From: Bacteroidia bacterium | GTDB lineage: Bacteria > Bacteroidota > Bacteroidia > SpSt-205 | Direction of reading: 5' to 3' | Length of the DNA: 64,000 nt | NCBI GenBank assembly: GCA_025059535.1 | Contig: JANXCX010000019.1 | Span: 68,363 to 132,362, forward strand | The notes under the pieces: generated by a model | Seen by the model: only the letters and a program-made list of their open reading frames with translations | Told to the model about the DNA's origin: nothing | The model's database searches: none | Position numbers and translations under genes: made by a program | Shown: positions 1 through 9,396 of the stretch, piece after piece | Layout: each line of letters starts with the position of its first letter | How positions within the stretch are numbered: the first letter of the stretch is position 1

Positions 1-2343
1 GATATTACTCGTCAGAAGCGGCAGGAAGAGGAGCTGCGGGAAATGCTTACGCAGACCTTAGCACAGGAGGAGCGCCTGCGCGAGGCCAACCAGCGGCTCC
101 AAACCCTCAATGAGGAGCTTCTACGCACCCAGACCGAACTCAAAGGCCAAATCGCTGCCGTTGGAAATGCCGCCATCGTCTCCGAAACGGATCTTCAGGG
201 CCGCATCATCCGCGTCAATGACCTCTTCCTTCAAATCTACGGCTACCGGCGGGAGGAGGTGTTAGGGCAGAATCACCGCATCCTAAAGTCAGGGCATCAG
301 CCTGATACGCTCTTTGAAGAGATGTGGCGCACCATTTCGCAAGGCAAAGTTTGGCGCGGCGAGGTGCGTAACCGCTCCAGCACCGGCGAGTACTACTGGA
401 TTCTCCTCACTATTACCCCCGTCATAGGGCCTGAGCAGAAAGTGCTCAAGTATATTGGCGTAGGCTTTGACATTACGGCTCAGAAGCGTCAGGAGGAGGA
501 GCTGCGCGCGGCCTTAGAACTCTCTCAGGCGCAGCAGCGCGAACTACGGCTTTATACCCAGCAGCTTCAGGCCGCCCAAGAGGAAATGCAGCGCACCCAA
601 ATAGAGCTGCGTGGCCAAATCAACGCCGTCAATAACGCCGCTATCGTAGCGGAGACCGACCCGAAAGGCCGCATTACCTTCGTCAATGAGGCCTTCTGCG
701 CCATCTCGGGCTATACCCGGGAAGAACTGCTGGGCCAAACGCACGCCCTCTTACGATCAGATCAGCACGACAACGCCTTTTTCCAAAACCTCTGGCAAAC
801 CCTACTAGAAAAGCGGGTCTGGAGCGGAATTTTCTGTAATCGCCGAAAGGATGGTAGCCTTTACTGGATAAAATCCACTATCACGCCCGTAGTAGATACG
901 CGGGGGCGGCTCATCAAGTTTATTGCGGTAAGCTTTGACCTCACGCCGCAGATCCAGCAGGAGCAGCAGCTGCGGGCTTATGCCGAGGAGCTGCGGCAGG
1001 CCCAGGCCGAACTGCGCGGCCAGATTCAGGCCGTGGGCAACGCCGCCTATCTCATGGAAACCGACCCTGAGGGCCACCTTATCTACGCTAATGCCGCTGC
1101 CTTAGAGGCCTGGGAGTACAAATGGGAGGAGGTGCGCGGCCAAAACCTGCGCTTCCTCAATAGCGGGCACCATCCGCCCGAATTCTGGCAAGAGATGTGG
1201 GAAAAGCTCCGCCAAGGCAGTGTCTGGCAGGCCGAAGTCCTCAATAAGTCCCGCTCAGGCCGCCTCTTCTGGGAGCTTCTTACCATCACCCCCATCTTTG
1301 ATGCCGAAGGTCGCCTCTTCAAGTATATCGGCGTAGCCTTTGACATTACGGCGCAGAAAAGGCAGGCCGAACGCATCCGCAGCCTACTCCAAGAAGCCCA
1401 GGAAAACGAGCGCTCCCTCAAGGCATATGCCAAACAGCTGGAGGATATCCAGACCCAGCTCTTAGCCACGCAGCTGGAGCTGTCAGGGCGCATCCAGGCG
1501 CTCAATAATGCCGCCCTTGTCTTAGAAGCCAATGCTGAAGGTCGCCTTGCCTTCGCTAACGAAGAAGCCATGTACCTCTTAGGCTTCACCCCTGAAGAGC
1601 TTTTAGGCCAACCGCAGGAAAGTCTTTTCCTGGCTTCCCACCCTTCTCGGCTCTTAGAACGGCTACGGGAGCGCTTGGAAGCGGGCTTCGTCTGGCGGGC
1701 CGAAGTCCTGACTAAAACTAAACGCGGTGAGCCCCTCTGGCTACATCTAACGATTACCCCCGTATGCGACGCCGAAGGAAAGCCATATAAGTACATCGGC
1801 GTGGGCTTTGACATTACCCGTCAGAAGGTACAGGCGCAGCGCCTACGGGAGACCCTAAAGGCCTTGGAGCAGCGGTCCTCAGGCCTCTCCGCGCTCCCCG
1901 AAACTATACCCTGGTTCGTCACAAATAAGGAAGGCCTCTTACAGGCCGCTAGTCCAGGATTAGCCCATCTGTTAGGATATTCGCCAGAACAGCTTATAGG
2001 CCAGCCGGCCCGGCTCTTTCGCAGTCCTCTCACACCTAACCACACCTTTCTCTCTCTCTGGGCCACTATCAGCCGAGGCAAGCCTTGGAGCGGCTTTCTC
2101 TATAACCGCCTGGCTTCTGGGGCCGATGAGCTCTTCTTCCTAGCGGTTTTCCCTCAGACCGATGCCTATTTAGCCCTTCTGCTACCCGCACGCGAAGCCT
2201 GTGATACCCTTAGGGCCGAGTGGCTACGCAATTACGCCCCGCTGGAGCTCCTCAAGGACTATGAACTCCTCCTACAAGCCAAAGACTATGAGATTTACGA
2301 GCTGCGGCGCATTATAGAAGAGCTTCAGGCGCAGCGCCTATGA
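1..2343 (+). CDS. Multi-PAS/PAC sensor protein with coiled-coil linkers (5' end outside the window)
   Basis: Frame is open from base 1 (DITRQKRQEEELRE-MLTQ...). It has four complete PAS-PAC modules (ETD.xGRI..vN...GY..EE..GQ....SG.H......MW.....G.vW.gE..N....G..yW...TITP......KYIGV.FDIT.QK), a degenerate fifth, and the tail of an earlier one. No kinase, GGDEF or MCP domain at the C-terminus. Confidence 0.9.
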   Translation, partial: DITRQKRQEEELREMLTQTLAQEERLREANQRLQTLNEELLRTQTELKGQIAAVGNAAIVSETDLQGRIIRVNDLFLQIYGYRREEVLGQNHRILKSGHQPDTLFEEMWRTISQGKVWRGEVRNRSSTGEYYWILLTITPVIGPEQKVLKYIGVGFDITAQKRQEEELRAALELSQAQQRELRLYTQQLQAAQEEMQRTQIELRGQINAVNNAAIVAETDPKGRITFVNEAFCAISGYTREELLGQTHALLRSDQHDNAFFQNLWQTLLEKRVWSGIFCNRRKDGSLYWIKSTITPVVDTRGRLIKFIAVSFDLTPQIQQEQQLRAYAEELRQAQAELRGQIQAVGNAAYLMETDPEGHLIYANAAALEAWEYKWEEVRGQNLRFLNSGHHPPEFWQEMWEKLRQGSVWQAEVLNKSRSGRLFWELLTITPIFDAEGRLFKYIGVAFDITAQKRQAERIRSLLQEAQENERSLKAYAKQLEDIQTQLLATQLELSGRIQALNNAALVLEANAEGRLAFANEEAMYLLGFTPEELLGQPQESLFLASHPSRLLERLRERLEAGFVWRAEVLTKTKRGEPLWLHLTITPVCDAEGKPYKYIGVGFDITRQKVQAQRLRETLKALEQRSSGLSALPETIPWFVTNKEGLLQAASPGLAHLLGYSPEQLIGQPARLFRSPLTPNHTFLSLWATISRGKPWSGFLYNRLASGADELFFLAVFPQTDAYLALLLPAREACDTLRAEWLRNYAPLELLKDYELLLQAKDYEIYELRRIIEELQAQRL

Positions 2344-3905
2344 AGCGGCGGGTCTTCCTCATTATTTGGGATGGGTGGGGCTTAGCGGAGGATCCCACGT
2401 TGAGCGCCATTGATGCAGCTCATACGCCTTTTTATGACAGGATTCGCCAGAGGTATCCTTTTGTCGCATTAGAGGCTTCGGGGGAAGCGGTCGGCCTACC
2501 GGCTGGACAAATGGGCAACTCCGAGGTAGGCCATCTCCACATAGGTGCAGGCTTCGTAGTCTGGCAAGACCTCCTGCGCATCCAGAAAGCCTTTGAAGAC
2601 GGGAAAGCTGAAAAGCTACCAGCCTTTCAGGCGCTTATTCGCTACTTGCGCCAAACGGGTCGGCCTCTCCACCTTATAGGGCTTGTCTCGGAAGGGGGCG
2701 TCCATAGTGCGCTCTCCCATCTTCTCTTACTCCTTCGGGCCCTCAAGCAGGCTGAGGTATCTAACCCTATATACCTTCACGCCTTTACGGATGGTCGCGA
2801 TACACCCCCAAAAAGCGCCGAAGCCTACCTGGCCACCCTTACCGCCGCCCTAAAAGAACTTCCAAATGCCCATTTAGCCTCCCTTATAGGGCGGTATTAT
2901 GCGATGGATCGGGATCGCCGCTGGGAGCGCACCCGCCGGGCCTACCGCCTTCTACGCTATGGCGAGGGCCTGCAGGCCACCGATTGGCGCCAGGCTCTCC
3001 AGGCCCAGTACCAGCGGGGTATCACCGACGAGTTCTTAGAGCCTATCTGGCTGGAAGGCGCGCAGCCCATTCAACCCGAGGAAGCCGTCTTCTTCTTCAA
3101 CTTTCGCAATGACCGTCCCCGTCAGCTTGTTCAGGCCCTTTATACGGGCGAGATTCCTGAGTCGCAAACGGGCCGAGCCCCTGTACCCATGCCGCCCGAT
3201 TTGGTAGCGCTACCGCTATTTTTTGTAACCCTTACCGAGTATGATCCAGCCTTTACGGCGCGCGGGGTACATTATTTTTTTGGCAAGACTACTATAGACC
3301 AACCTTTAGGGGCAGTCATCGCCGCCGCTGGCCTTACCCAAATCCGCATCGCCGAGACCGAAAAGTACCCCCACGTAACCTACTTCCTCAATGGTGGCCA
3401 AGAGGCCGCCTTTCCTGGGGAGCAGCGGATTTTGGTCCCTTCCCCCAAGGTGCCTACCTACGACCTCAAACCTGAAATGAGCGCCTACGAGGTGCGGGAT
3501 GCGCTCCTACCCCACTTGCACGAAGGAAAGGCAGATTTTATCTGCCTGAATTTCGCCAATCCCGACATGGTCGGCCATACAGGCGTCTGGGAAGCCGCCG
3601 TACGCGCCTGCGAGGTTGTAGATAGCTGCACCCAGACCTTGGTAGAAGTAGCCCTACACCAGGGGTATGTAGTACTGCTGATTGCTGATCACGGAAATGC
3701 CGATCGCATGCGTAATCCAGATGGCACGCCGCACACGGCCCATACTACCGCCCTGGTGCCCTGTTGCTTAATTTCCCCCCAGCCTTTACCTTATCGGCTC
3801 AGAGGGGGGATTTTACCTCAGGTAGCCCCTACTGTACTAGAGCTCCTTGGCCTGCCTATTCCCCAGATGATGCTACCGCCTCTCGTGGAAGCCTCAGCCG
3901 ACTGA
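2340..3905 (+). CDS. gpmI: 2,3-bisphosphoglycerate-independent phosphoglycerate mutase
   Basis: Motifs GQMGNSEVGH, DGRD, GRYYAMDRD, FNFRNDR, AETEKYPHVT, NFANPDMVGH, ADHGNAD and HTAHT. Confidence 0.97.
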   Translation: MKRRVFLIIWDGWGLAEDPTLSAIDAAHTPFYDRIRQRYPFVALEASGEAVGLPAGQMGNSEVGHLHIGAGFVVWQDLLRIQKAFEDGKAEKLPAFQALIRYLRQTGRPLHLIGLVSEGGVHSALSHLLLLLRALKQAEVSNPIYLHAFTDGRDTPPKSAEAYLATLTAALKELPNAHLASLIGRYYAMDRDRRWERTRRAYRLLRYGEGLQATDWRQALQAQYQRGITDEFLEPIWLEGAQPIQPEEAVFFFNFRNDRPRQLVQALYTGEIPESQTGRAPVPMPPDLVALPLFFVTLTEYDPAFTARGVHYFFGKTTIDQPLGAVIAAAGLTQIRIAETEKYPHVTYFLNGGQEAAFPGEQRILVPSPKVPTYDLKPEMSAYEVRDALLPHLHEGKADFICLNFANPDMVGHTGVWEAAVRACEVVDSCTQTLVEVALHQGYVVLLIADHGNADRMRNPDGTPHTAHTTALVPCCLISPQPLPYRLRGGILPQVAPTVLELLGLPIPQMMLPPLVEASAD

Positions 3906-3929
3906 CCGCCTAAAGGCCCTCTGGCTAGC

Positions 3930-5252
3930 CTAGCTAACGCTCTCCGCTACCCTATGCTGGAGTCCTTCGCCAAAAAGCTGCCGAAGGTAAGAATTGAGAA
4001 ATACACCCTCTGGGTCGTACTGCTGGCGCAGGGCAAAGAATTCCCCAAGCCTAGGGTACACCCGCTCCAAGTAGGACCAAGTAGCCGTGTGCATTTTACC
4101 CCAGTGAGGCCTACCTTCATAGGCCTGGAAAATAGCCTCTAAACCCCTAAAATACTCGGTGTGCGGCATTCGGTGATACATATGCACGGCGATAAATACC
4201 CTATCCCCCCCATACGCTGGACTGAGCGGAATTTCATCGCCCTTAACGTAGCGGTACTCTATGGGGAAACTCACGGCGGGTTGATGGCGTTCTATCCAGC
4301 GGCGGATTTCGCGCAGTACTTCAGGCCCAGCCTCTGCAGGCACACTATATTCCATTTCTCGGAAGCGCACCAGCCTAGCCGTAGCAAAAACCCGATAGGC
4401 CCTATCTATCCATACGCCTTCGCCCATATTCCGCCCAGCAAACTGGCACAGCTCAGGGCAGCGGTTCGGGAAATATTGCGCCAGCTTGTTGAGCACCCAA
4501 AAAGCGGCATTTTCCCATAGAAAATCTCTAATCCAGCGCCCTCCTAAACTCCTACGGGCCTCTACTGGACTGAGCTCTGTAAGCTTCACGCCTGCCCAGT
4601 CGCTATACGGAAACCAGAAAAACTCAAAATGGCGGTACTGCTGGAGGTACTCGGCTGATTTTTCCAGCACTGCCTCCAGGGGTTCCACGCGCGTCAGAAG
4701 GCGGAGGTAGTAGCGGGGTTCTACGCTTAGCGTAACCTGCGTAATCACGCCGAGAAGCCCTAGCGAAACCTGCAGCGCCCGAAAAAGGTCAGGCGACTCG
4801 GTAGGATACACATCCTGGAGGCGCCCCCTTCCGTCTATGAATCGGTAATGTACGACCTGCGTGGCCAGGATACCAAATCCCTTGCCGGTGCCATGCGTAC
4901 CCGTGCTGAAAGCCCCCGCCACACTCTGGCGATCAATGTCTCCCTGATTGCGGAGGGAAAATCCCGTTTCCCAGAGCTGCGGAAGTAGCCGGTATAACCG
5001 CGAGCCTGCCCAAACCGTAACCGTATGAGCGGTAGGAGATAGAGAAATGATGCCTTGAAGGCGATCCAAGGAGAGGAGGAAGTCGGGGGTTTCTATCAGC
5101 GGCGTCCAAGAATGGCCTGCCCCTACGACGCGAAGCGTGCGCCGCTGCTCCACTGCCTGACCAATCAGCCGCCTAATCGCCTCCTCATCCGAAGGCTGCG
5201 CATAGAAAGCGGGGGAAAACGCTACCGTACGCCCCCAGTTTCGGTATCGCAT
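3930..5252 (-). CDS. FAD-linked aldonolactone oxidoreductase (L-gulonolactone/D-arabinono-1,4-lactone oxidase family)
   Basis: N-terminal NWG, VVGAGHSW (covalent-FAD His), STGTHGTG, RFREMEY, FPIEYR and C-terminal GRPHWGK. Confidence 0.9.
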   Translation of the reverse strand: MRYRNWGRTVAFSPAFYAQPSDEEAIRRLIGQAVEQRRTLRVVGAGHSWTPLIETPDFLLSLDRLQGIISLSPTAHTVTVWAGSRLYRLLPQLWETGFSLRNQGDIDRQSVAGAFSTGTHGTGKGFGILATQVVHYRFIDGRGRLQDVYPTESPDLFRALQVSLGLLGVITQVTLSVEPRYYLRLLTRVEPLEAVLEKSAEYLQQYRHFEFFWFPYSDWAGVKLTELSPVEARRSLGGRWIRDFLWENAAFWVLNKLAQYFPNRCPELCQFAGRNMGEGVWIDRAYRVFATARLVRFREMEYSVPAEAGPEVLREIRRWIERHQPAVSFPIEYRYVKGDEIPLSPAYGGDRVFIAVHMYHRMPHTEYFRGLEAIFQAYEGRPHWGKMHTATWSYLERVYPRLGEFFALRQQYDPEGVFLNSYLRQLFGEGLQHRVAESVS

Positions 5253-6526
5253 ACATCAAATTTAAGTGAAGCGCCAAGCTCCCTGAGTACCTCCCAGTAA
5301 GTGGGAAAAGATTTAGCCACGCAATCTGCGCCTACAATCCCGATGGGATGAGGCAGGCGAGCCGCTAAGAGGCTAAGCGCCATAGATATCCGATGATCGC
5401 CCCAGGCCGAGAAGAGGAGCGGCTGCTTAGGTAAAGAAGCCGTAGGAAAGACGCATAAAGTCTCGCTGTCCCACTCAAGCCTAGCGCCTACTTTCGTTAG
5501 CTCAGCGGCTAGCGCCTCCAAGCGAGGCGACTCTTTATAGGGCAGCGTATAAATACCCCGAAATTGAGAAGGTCCTTCGGCAAAAGCGGCCACCACCGCA
5601 AGTACTAAGAGCGCATCTGGGCAGTTTTCTACACTTAGGTTCATCGGCGGCACGGGGCCTTCCGTACTTTCCACCCAGAGGCCTTCTGCTTCCCATCGCC
5701 ACTGGTAAGGCAGAGGAAGGGCGAGGAAAAGCTGACTTTCGGGCTGAAGGCTGGAGGAGCGCAAAGGTAGCCATCCCTGAAAGGCCCCCAAAGCCGCCCA
5801 CCCAAAAAAGTATCCCCCAGCACTCCAGTCAGCCTCTCCTACAAACTCTAATTCCGCCGGCTTAGTTGCAGGCTGTAAGGTCCATCGCCGGTTATCTTCC
5901 TGCCATACCCAGCCATAAGCCGCTACAAGCTGGCGGGTAGCTTCAGCATAAGCAGGGGTAGCTAAGCGGCGGCTTTCTAGTTCTATCGTGGCGCCTTCTG
6001 GCAGCCAGGGCGCAGCCAAGAAGAGAGCCGAAAGAAACTGGCTGGAAAGGGAGGCCTCTAAGCTAAAGTACTTTGGCCGCAGGTCGGGCTTCCCGCTAAT
6101 CCGAAGCGGAAATGTCTCAGACAGCGTAAAGCCCGCTTGCCGCAGAGCTGAGAGAAGCGGCGCTATGGGCCGGCGCGCTAAACTAGGCGCTACCGCCACC
6201 TCCGCCTGCAGGGGGAGGTGCGCCAGCCACGGCACTAGAAACCTTAAGGTAGTTCCACCCTCCCCTAAGTATAGGCTCACCGCCTTAGGAAAGCTAGCCG
6301 GCGGAATAAAGGCCCAGACTTCTCCTTCCAAATAGATCGTATAGCCTACTTTCGCCAGGGCCTCCAGAAAGTACTGACTGTCTAGACCTTCCGAGACACC
6401 CCTCAAACGGAAGGGCTGCAGTGTATGGGCCCCTAGGCCAAGCTGCCGATTGGTAAGGCTCTTGCTATAAGGAAGGGCTACGCGTCCAGCTAACCGCCGT
6501 ACGGGCTCTAGCCAGAGGGTGCGCAT
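5222..6526 (-). CDS. aroA: 3-phosphoshikimate 1-carboxyvinyltransferase (EPSP synthase), divergent
   Basis: Motifs SKSLTNR, GEGGTTLRF, SSQFLSA, DWSA, CPD, KESPR, GDHRISMA and KSFP; coupled to aroB. Confidence 0.88.
   Translation of the reverse strand: MRTLWLEPVRRLAGRVALPYSKSLTNRQLGLGAHTLQPFRLRGVSEGLDSQYFLEALAKVGYTIYLEGEVWAFIPPASFPKAVSLYLGEGGTTLRFLVPWLAHLPLQAEVAVAPSLARRPIAPLLSALRQAGFTLSETFPLRISGKPDLRPKYFSLEASLSSQFLSALFLAAPWLPEGATIELESRRLATPAYAEATRQLVAAYGWVWQEDNRRWTLQPATKPAELEFVGEADWSAGGYFFGWAALGAFQGWLPLRSSSLQPESQLFLALPLPYQWRWEAEGLWVESTEGPVPPMNLSVENCPDALLVLAVVAAFAEGPSQFRGIYTLPYKESPRLEALAAELTKVGARLEWDSETLCVFPTASLPKQPLLFSAWGDHRISMALSLLAARLPHPIGIVGADCVAKSFPTYWEVLRELGASLKFDVCDTETGGVR
5257..5264 (-). 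promoter_or_regulatory. Bacteroidota -7 box TAAATTTG inside the aroA 3' end, 4 nt before the oxidase ATG
   Basis: Minus strand reads TAAATTTG-atgt-ATG(5252). Confidence 0.65.
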
Positions 6527-7551
6527 TAGGTAGCCGTGTAGGCCCGCATAACCCGATAGAGGGCCTCGGGCTCTATCGCTTCTATCCGGACCTGCCCGGG
6601 GGCGACCAGAAGAGGGAGATAGAGCCGGCCTGCCCTTATTTTCTTATCCTGGCGTAGAAGGGTTTCCCAGAGGCGCCGGCTAAAAGGCGGCATCGGCCTG
6701 AGCAGCGCTTCTTCCCGAAACTTAGTCCATACCTCGGCTAGAAGGCTTTCGGGAAGTAAGCCGCGCTGACAGCTAAGGCTAAGCTCCTGAATAAGGCCTA
6801 AGGCTACGGCCTCCCCGTGCCGAAGCGGTTCCCCTGCCTTTTGGGCTAAGCTCTCAATCAAATGACCTGCTGTATGGCCTAAATTGAGGGCAAAGCGCGC
6901 CCCTTCCCGCTCATACGGGTCCTTCTCAACCCAGCGCAACTTGACCCGAATAAGGCGGTCTAAAAGCGCAAGGTCAGGCGGCTTGCTGAAGGGGGCTGCC
7001 TGCACGGCTTGCCATAATTCTGCGCTATCCAGCAGGGCCTGCTTGACCGCCTCGGCCCAGCCGGCACGCAGATCTCGCAAAGGCAGGGTTTGGAGAAACC
7101 CTGGCCATACCCACACTTCCGCTGCCGGCGCATAGACGCCAATAAGGTTCTTACCGCCCCGAAAGTTTAGGCCCGTTTTACCCCCATAAGCCGCATCAAT
7201 TTGCGCCACTAAGGTAGTGGGTAGGCTGATATAGGGTAGGCCGCGCTTCCACACTGCGGCACAGAAGCCGCCCAGATCTAATAGACTACCGCCCCCAATA
7301 AGCAGCACCTGCTGCCCCCTATCTACGCCATACTGCCAGAACTTTTTCCAAACCCATCGGGCTTTAGGCAGCGATTTGAGGGCCTCCTCACCTCCTAAGG
7401 TAAAAATGGGTAGCTCTCCGCTCAACTCATCTATAAGGCCTTTCCAGTGGGTGTAGGCTCCCCCATCAACCAGAACGAGGACGAGCGCCCTGGCTTTCGT
7501 AGCGGCCAGCTGGATTAACTCCGCCGCCTCAGCTACCAGCTCAATGCGCGT
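6526..7551 (-). CDS. aroB: 3-dehydroquinate synthase; the start is probably a non-canonical codon (ACG 7551), upstream of the TTG at 7425
   Basis: Motifs GGGSLLDLGGF, KRG, PTTL.AQ.DA..GGKTG.N, KNLIG, LNLGHT.GH..E, HGEAVA.G and DKK. The frame is open 42 codons above 7425 (xRIELVAEAAELIQLAATKARALVLVLVDGGAYTHW...) with no ATG/GTG/TTG. Confidence 0.88.
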   Translation of the reverse strand, partial: TRIELVAEAAELIQLAATKARALVLVLVDGGAYTHWKGLIDELSGELPIFTLGGEEALKSLPKARWVWKKFWQYGVDRGQQVLLIGGGSLLDLGGFCAAVWKRGLPYISLPTTLVAQIDAAYGGKTGLNFRGGKNLIGVYAPAAEVWVWPGFLQTLPLRDLRAGWAEAVKQALLDSAELWQAVQAAPFSKPPDLALLDRLIRVKLRWVEKDPYEREGARFALNLGHTAGHLIESLAQKAGEPLRHGEAVALGLIQELSLSCQRGLLPESLLAEVWTKFREEALLRPMPPFSRRLWETLLRQDKKIRAGRLYLPLLVAPGQVRIEAIEPEALYRVMRAYTAT

Positions 7552-8533
7552 GCTGCTCCTTATACTTGCGGATGGCTTCGGTAAGCTGCGGCACTACTTG
7601 GAAGGCATCCCCCACTATCCCGTAGTCCGCTACCTTGAAGAAGGGGGCCTCCGGGTCATTATTGATTACGACGATATTTTTAGAGGAGGCCACGCCCGCT
7701 AAGTGCTGGATCGCCCCCGAAATACCGATAGCGATATACAGGTTGGGGGAAATCTGAATACCGGTTTGGCCTACGTGTTCGTGGTGGGGCCGCCAGCCTA
7801 CATCGGCTACGGGCTTAGAGCAGGCTGTAGCCGCCCCTAGAGCTTTAGCCAGCTCTTCTATCATGCCCCAGTTTTCGGGCCCTTTTAGCCCCCGCCCAGC
7901 CGAAACCACAATTTCGGCTTCAGTCAGCGGTACTTTGTCGGTGGCTACCTTCTCTATGCCTACCGATTTGAGCCGTAGGTCTTCTGGCAAAGGCGTATAG
8001 GCCAGTTCCTCCTCAGTAGGCACGCGCGGATTTTTTGCAGGGACTATTGAATTGGACTTCAGGGTAGCGATAACGGGGAGATGATCCGTAGCGATCCACT
8101 CTATAGCCTTATTGGAATAGGCAATCCGACGGGCTCGGAGCGTGCTACCCTCGCGTTGGGGGGGTTGGGTGATTCCCGACAAAAGAGCCCCATCCGCCCA
8201 TACTGCAACGAAAGGCGCTATAGCGCGTCCATCATACGTTTGGGGAAGGAGCAGGTAGGAGAATTGGCGTTCCCGCATCAGTTGGGCTAAAGCCCGCGCA
8301 TAGGCGCTATTTACGAGCGGCTCTAACTGAGGCCCCTTGAGGCGAATAACTCTATCTGCCCCATATTCGCCCAGGCTTGCCGTAAGATTAGGCGGGAAAT
8401 CCGCTCCCAACGCTATGGCTACCACAGGTAGATTTTCGGAATCGGCCCACTGCCGAGCCGCCGTCAAAACCTCCAGCGTCGGCTTCTTTAGCCGACCCTC
8501 AGAAATTTCTACCCAAACCGCTACCGCACTCAT
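7541..8533 (-). CDS. etfA: Electron transfer flavoprotein alpha subunit
   Basis: Motifs LTEAEIVVSAGRG, VGQTG, LYIAIGISGAIQHLAG and IN.DPEAPFF..ADYGIVGD. Confidence 0.96.
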   Translation of the reverse strand: MSAVAVWVEISEGRLKKPTLEVLTAARQWADSENLPVVAIALGADFPPNLTASLGEYGADRVIRLKGPQLEPLVNSAYARALAQLMRERQFSYLLLPQTYDGRAIAPFVAVWADGALLSGITQPPQREGSTLRARRIAYSNKAIEWIATDHLPVIATLKSNSIVPAKNPRVPTEEELAYTPLPEDLRLKSVGIEKVATDKVPLTEAEIVVSAGRGLKGPENWGMIEELAKALGAATACSKPVADVGWRPHHEHVGQTGIQISPNLYIAIGISGAIQHLAGVASSKNIVVINNDPEAPFFKVADYGIVGDAFQVVPQLTEAIRKYKEQHAH

Positions 8534-9288
8534 ATAAGCCCCTTATTTGCCAGTTCCTGGACTAGTTCCTGTATATTCTCGGGGTCAATCTTCTTGAAGG
8601 TGCCTTTGGGGGGTGGCGGCTCATGCCTAAGCGTGCGCACGCGCGGAGCTACAGAAACCGGTGGCACCACTTGAAAGGGCTTAGTTTTAGCCTGCATAAT
8701 CCCGCGTACATTGGGGATACGCCATTCGGCCAGACCTTTCTGGGCACTTAGTACCAAAGGCAAAGCACAGCTAAGGCGTTCCTTTCCACCCGTAATCTCA
8801 CGCGTCAGGTGAGCTTGGCCGTCTTGAATCTCTATGCTAGTGGCATAGGAGACAAAGGGTAGATTTAGGAGGGCAGCCACCATCCCTGGCACTTGCGCCC
8901 CATTGTAGTCAATAGATTCTTTGCCAAAAAGGATAAGGTCAAAACCCTTATCCTTCGCATAAGCGGCTATCTGATGGGCTACAAAGAAGGCATCCACGGG
9001 CTCGGCGTCTATGCGCACCGCCTCATCCAGTCCTAAGGCCAGCGCCTTCCGCAGGTTGGCATCCACGCTGTCCGTAGATTGGGCGCCATTCTTGCCTACA
9101 GCCAGAACGGTTACCTTTACGCCATTAGGATTTTTCTCTTTGAGCTCCGCCGCGCGCGCCAGCGCAAAGTCATCATAGGGGTTTATAATAAAGGTTATCC
9201 CTGTGCGATCTAAGGCTTTACCATCGGCCGTAAACTGGATGCGTGCCGTGGTATCGGGCACATGGCTAATGCAGCAGAGAATCTTCAT
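8530..9288 (-). CDS. etfB: Electron transfer flavoprotein beta subunit
   Basis: Motifs MKILCCISHVPDT, INPYDDFAL, LRKALA.G.D.A and GKESIDYNG.QV. Confidence 0.96.
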   Translation of the reverse strand: MKILCCISHVPDTTARIQFTADGKALDRTGITFIINPYDDFALARAAELKEKNPNGVKVTVLAVGKNGAQSTDSVDANLRKALALGLDEAVRIDAEPVDAFFVAHQIAAYAKDKGFDLILFGKESIDYNGAQVPGMVAALLNLPFVSYATSIEIQDGQAHLTREITGGKERLSCALPLVLSAQKGLAEWRIPNVRGIMQAKTKPFQVVPPVSVAPRVRTLRHEPPPPKGTFKKIDPENIQELVQELANKGLI

Positions 9289-9396
9289 CGCCTACAAAAA
9301 AACAAAAACTTCGTGGAGTCTTATTCTTTCCAATCCATTCTGGCCACCTGCTTGGGCTCGCAAGAAGGCTAAATCTGAAGGCAGGGCCTCAAAGAC

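Noticed and set aside
1083..1814. 243-aa minus-strand ORF, plus other antisense ORFs such as 13720-14304, 26499-26876 and 5988-6335
   Set aside because: They shadow well-supported genes on the other strand or in another frame and show no recognisable motifs.
1..1830. Recurring DNA repeats (tttgacattac...cagaag) as a possible CRISPR or DGR
   Set aside because: They are imperfect, about 400-470 nt apart and in frame within PAS modules. No cas or RT gene is present.
9289..9396. 108-nt gap upstream of etfB as a possible riboswitch or sRNA
   Set aside because: No convincing stems or known motif were seen, only a weak T-rich promoter-like box.
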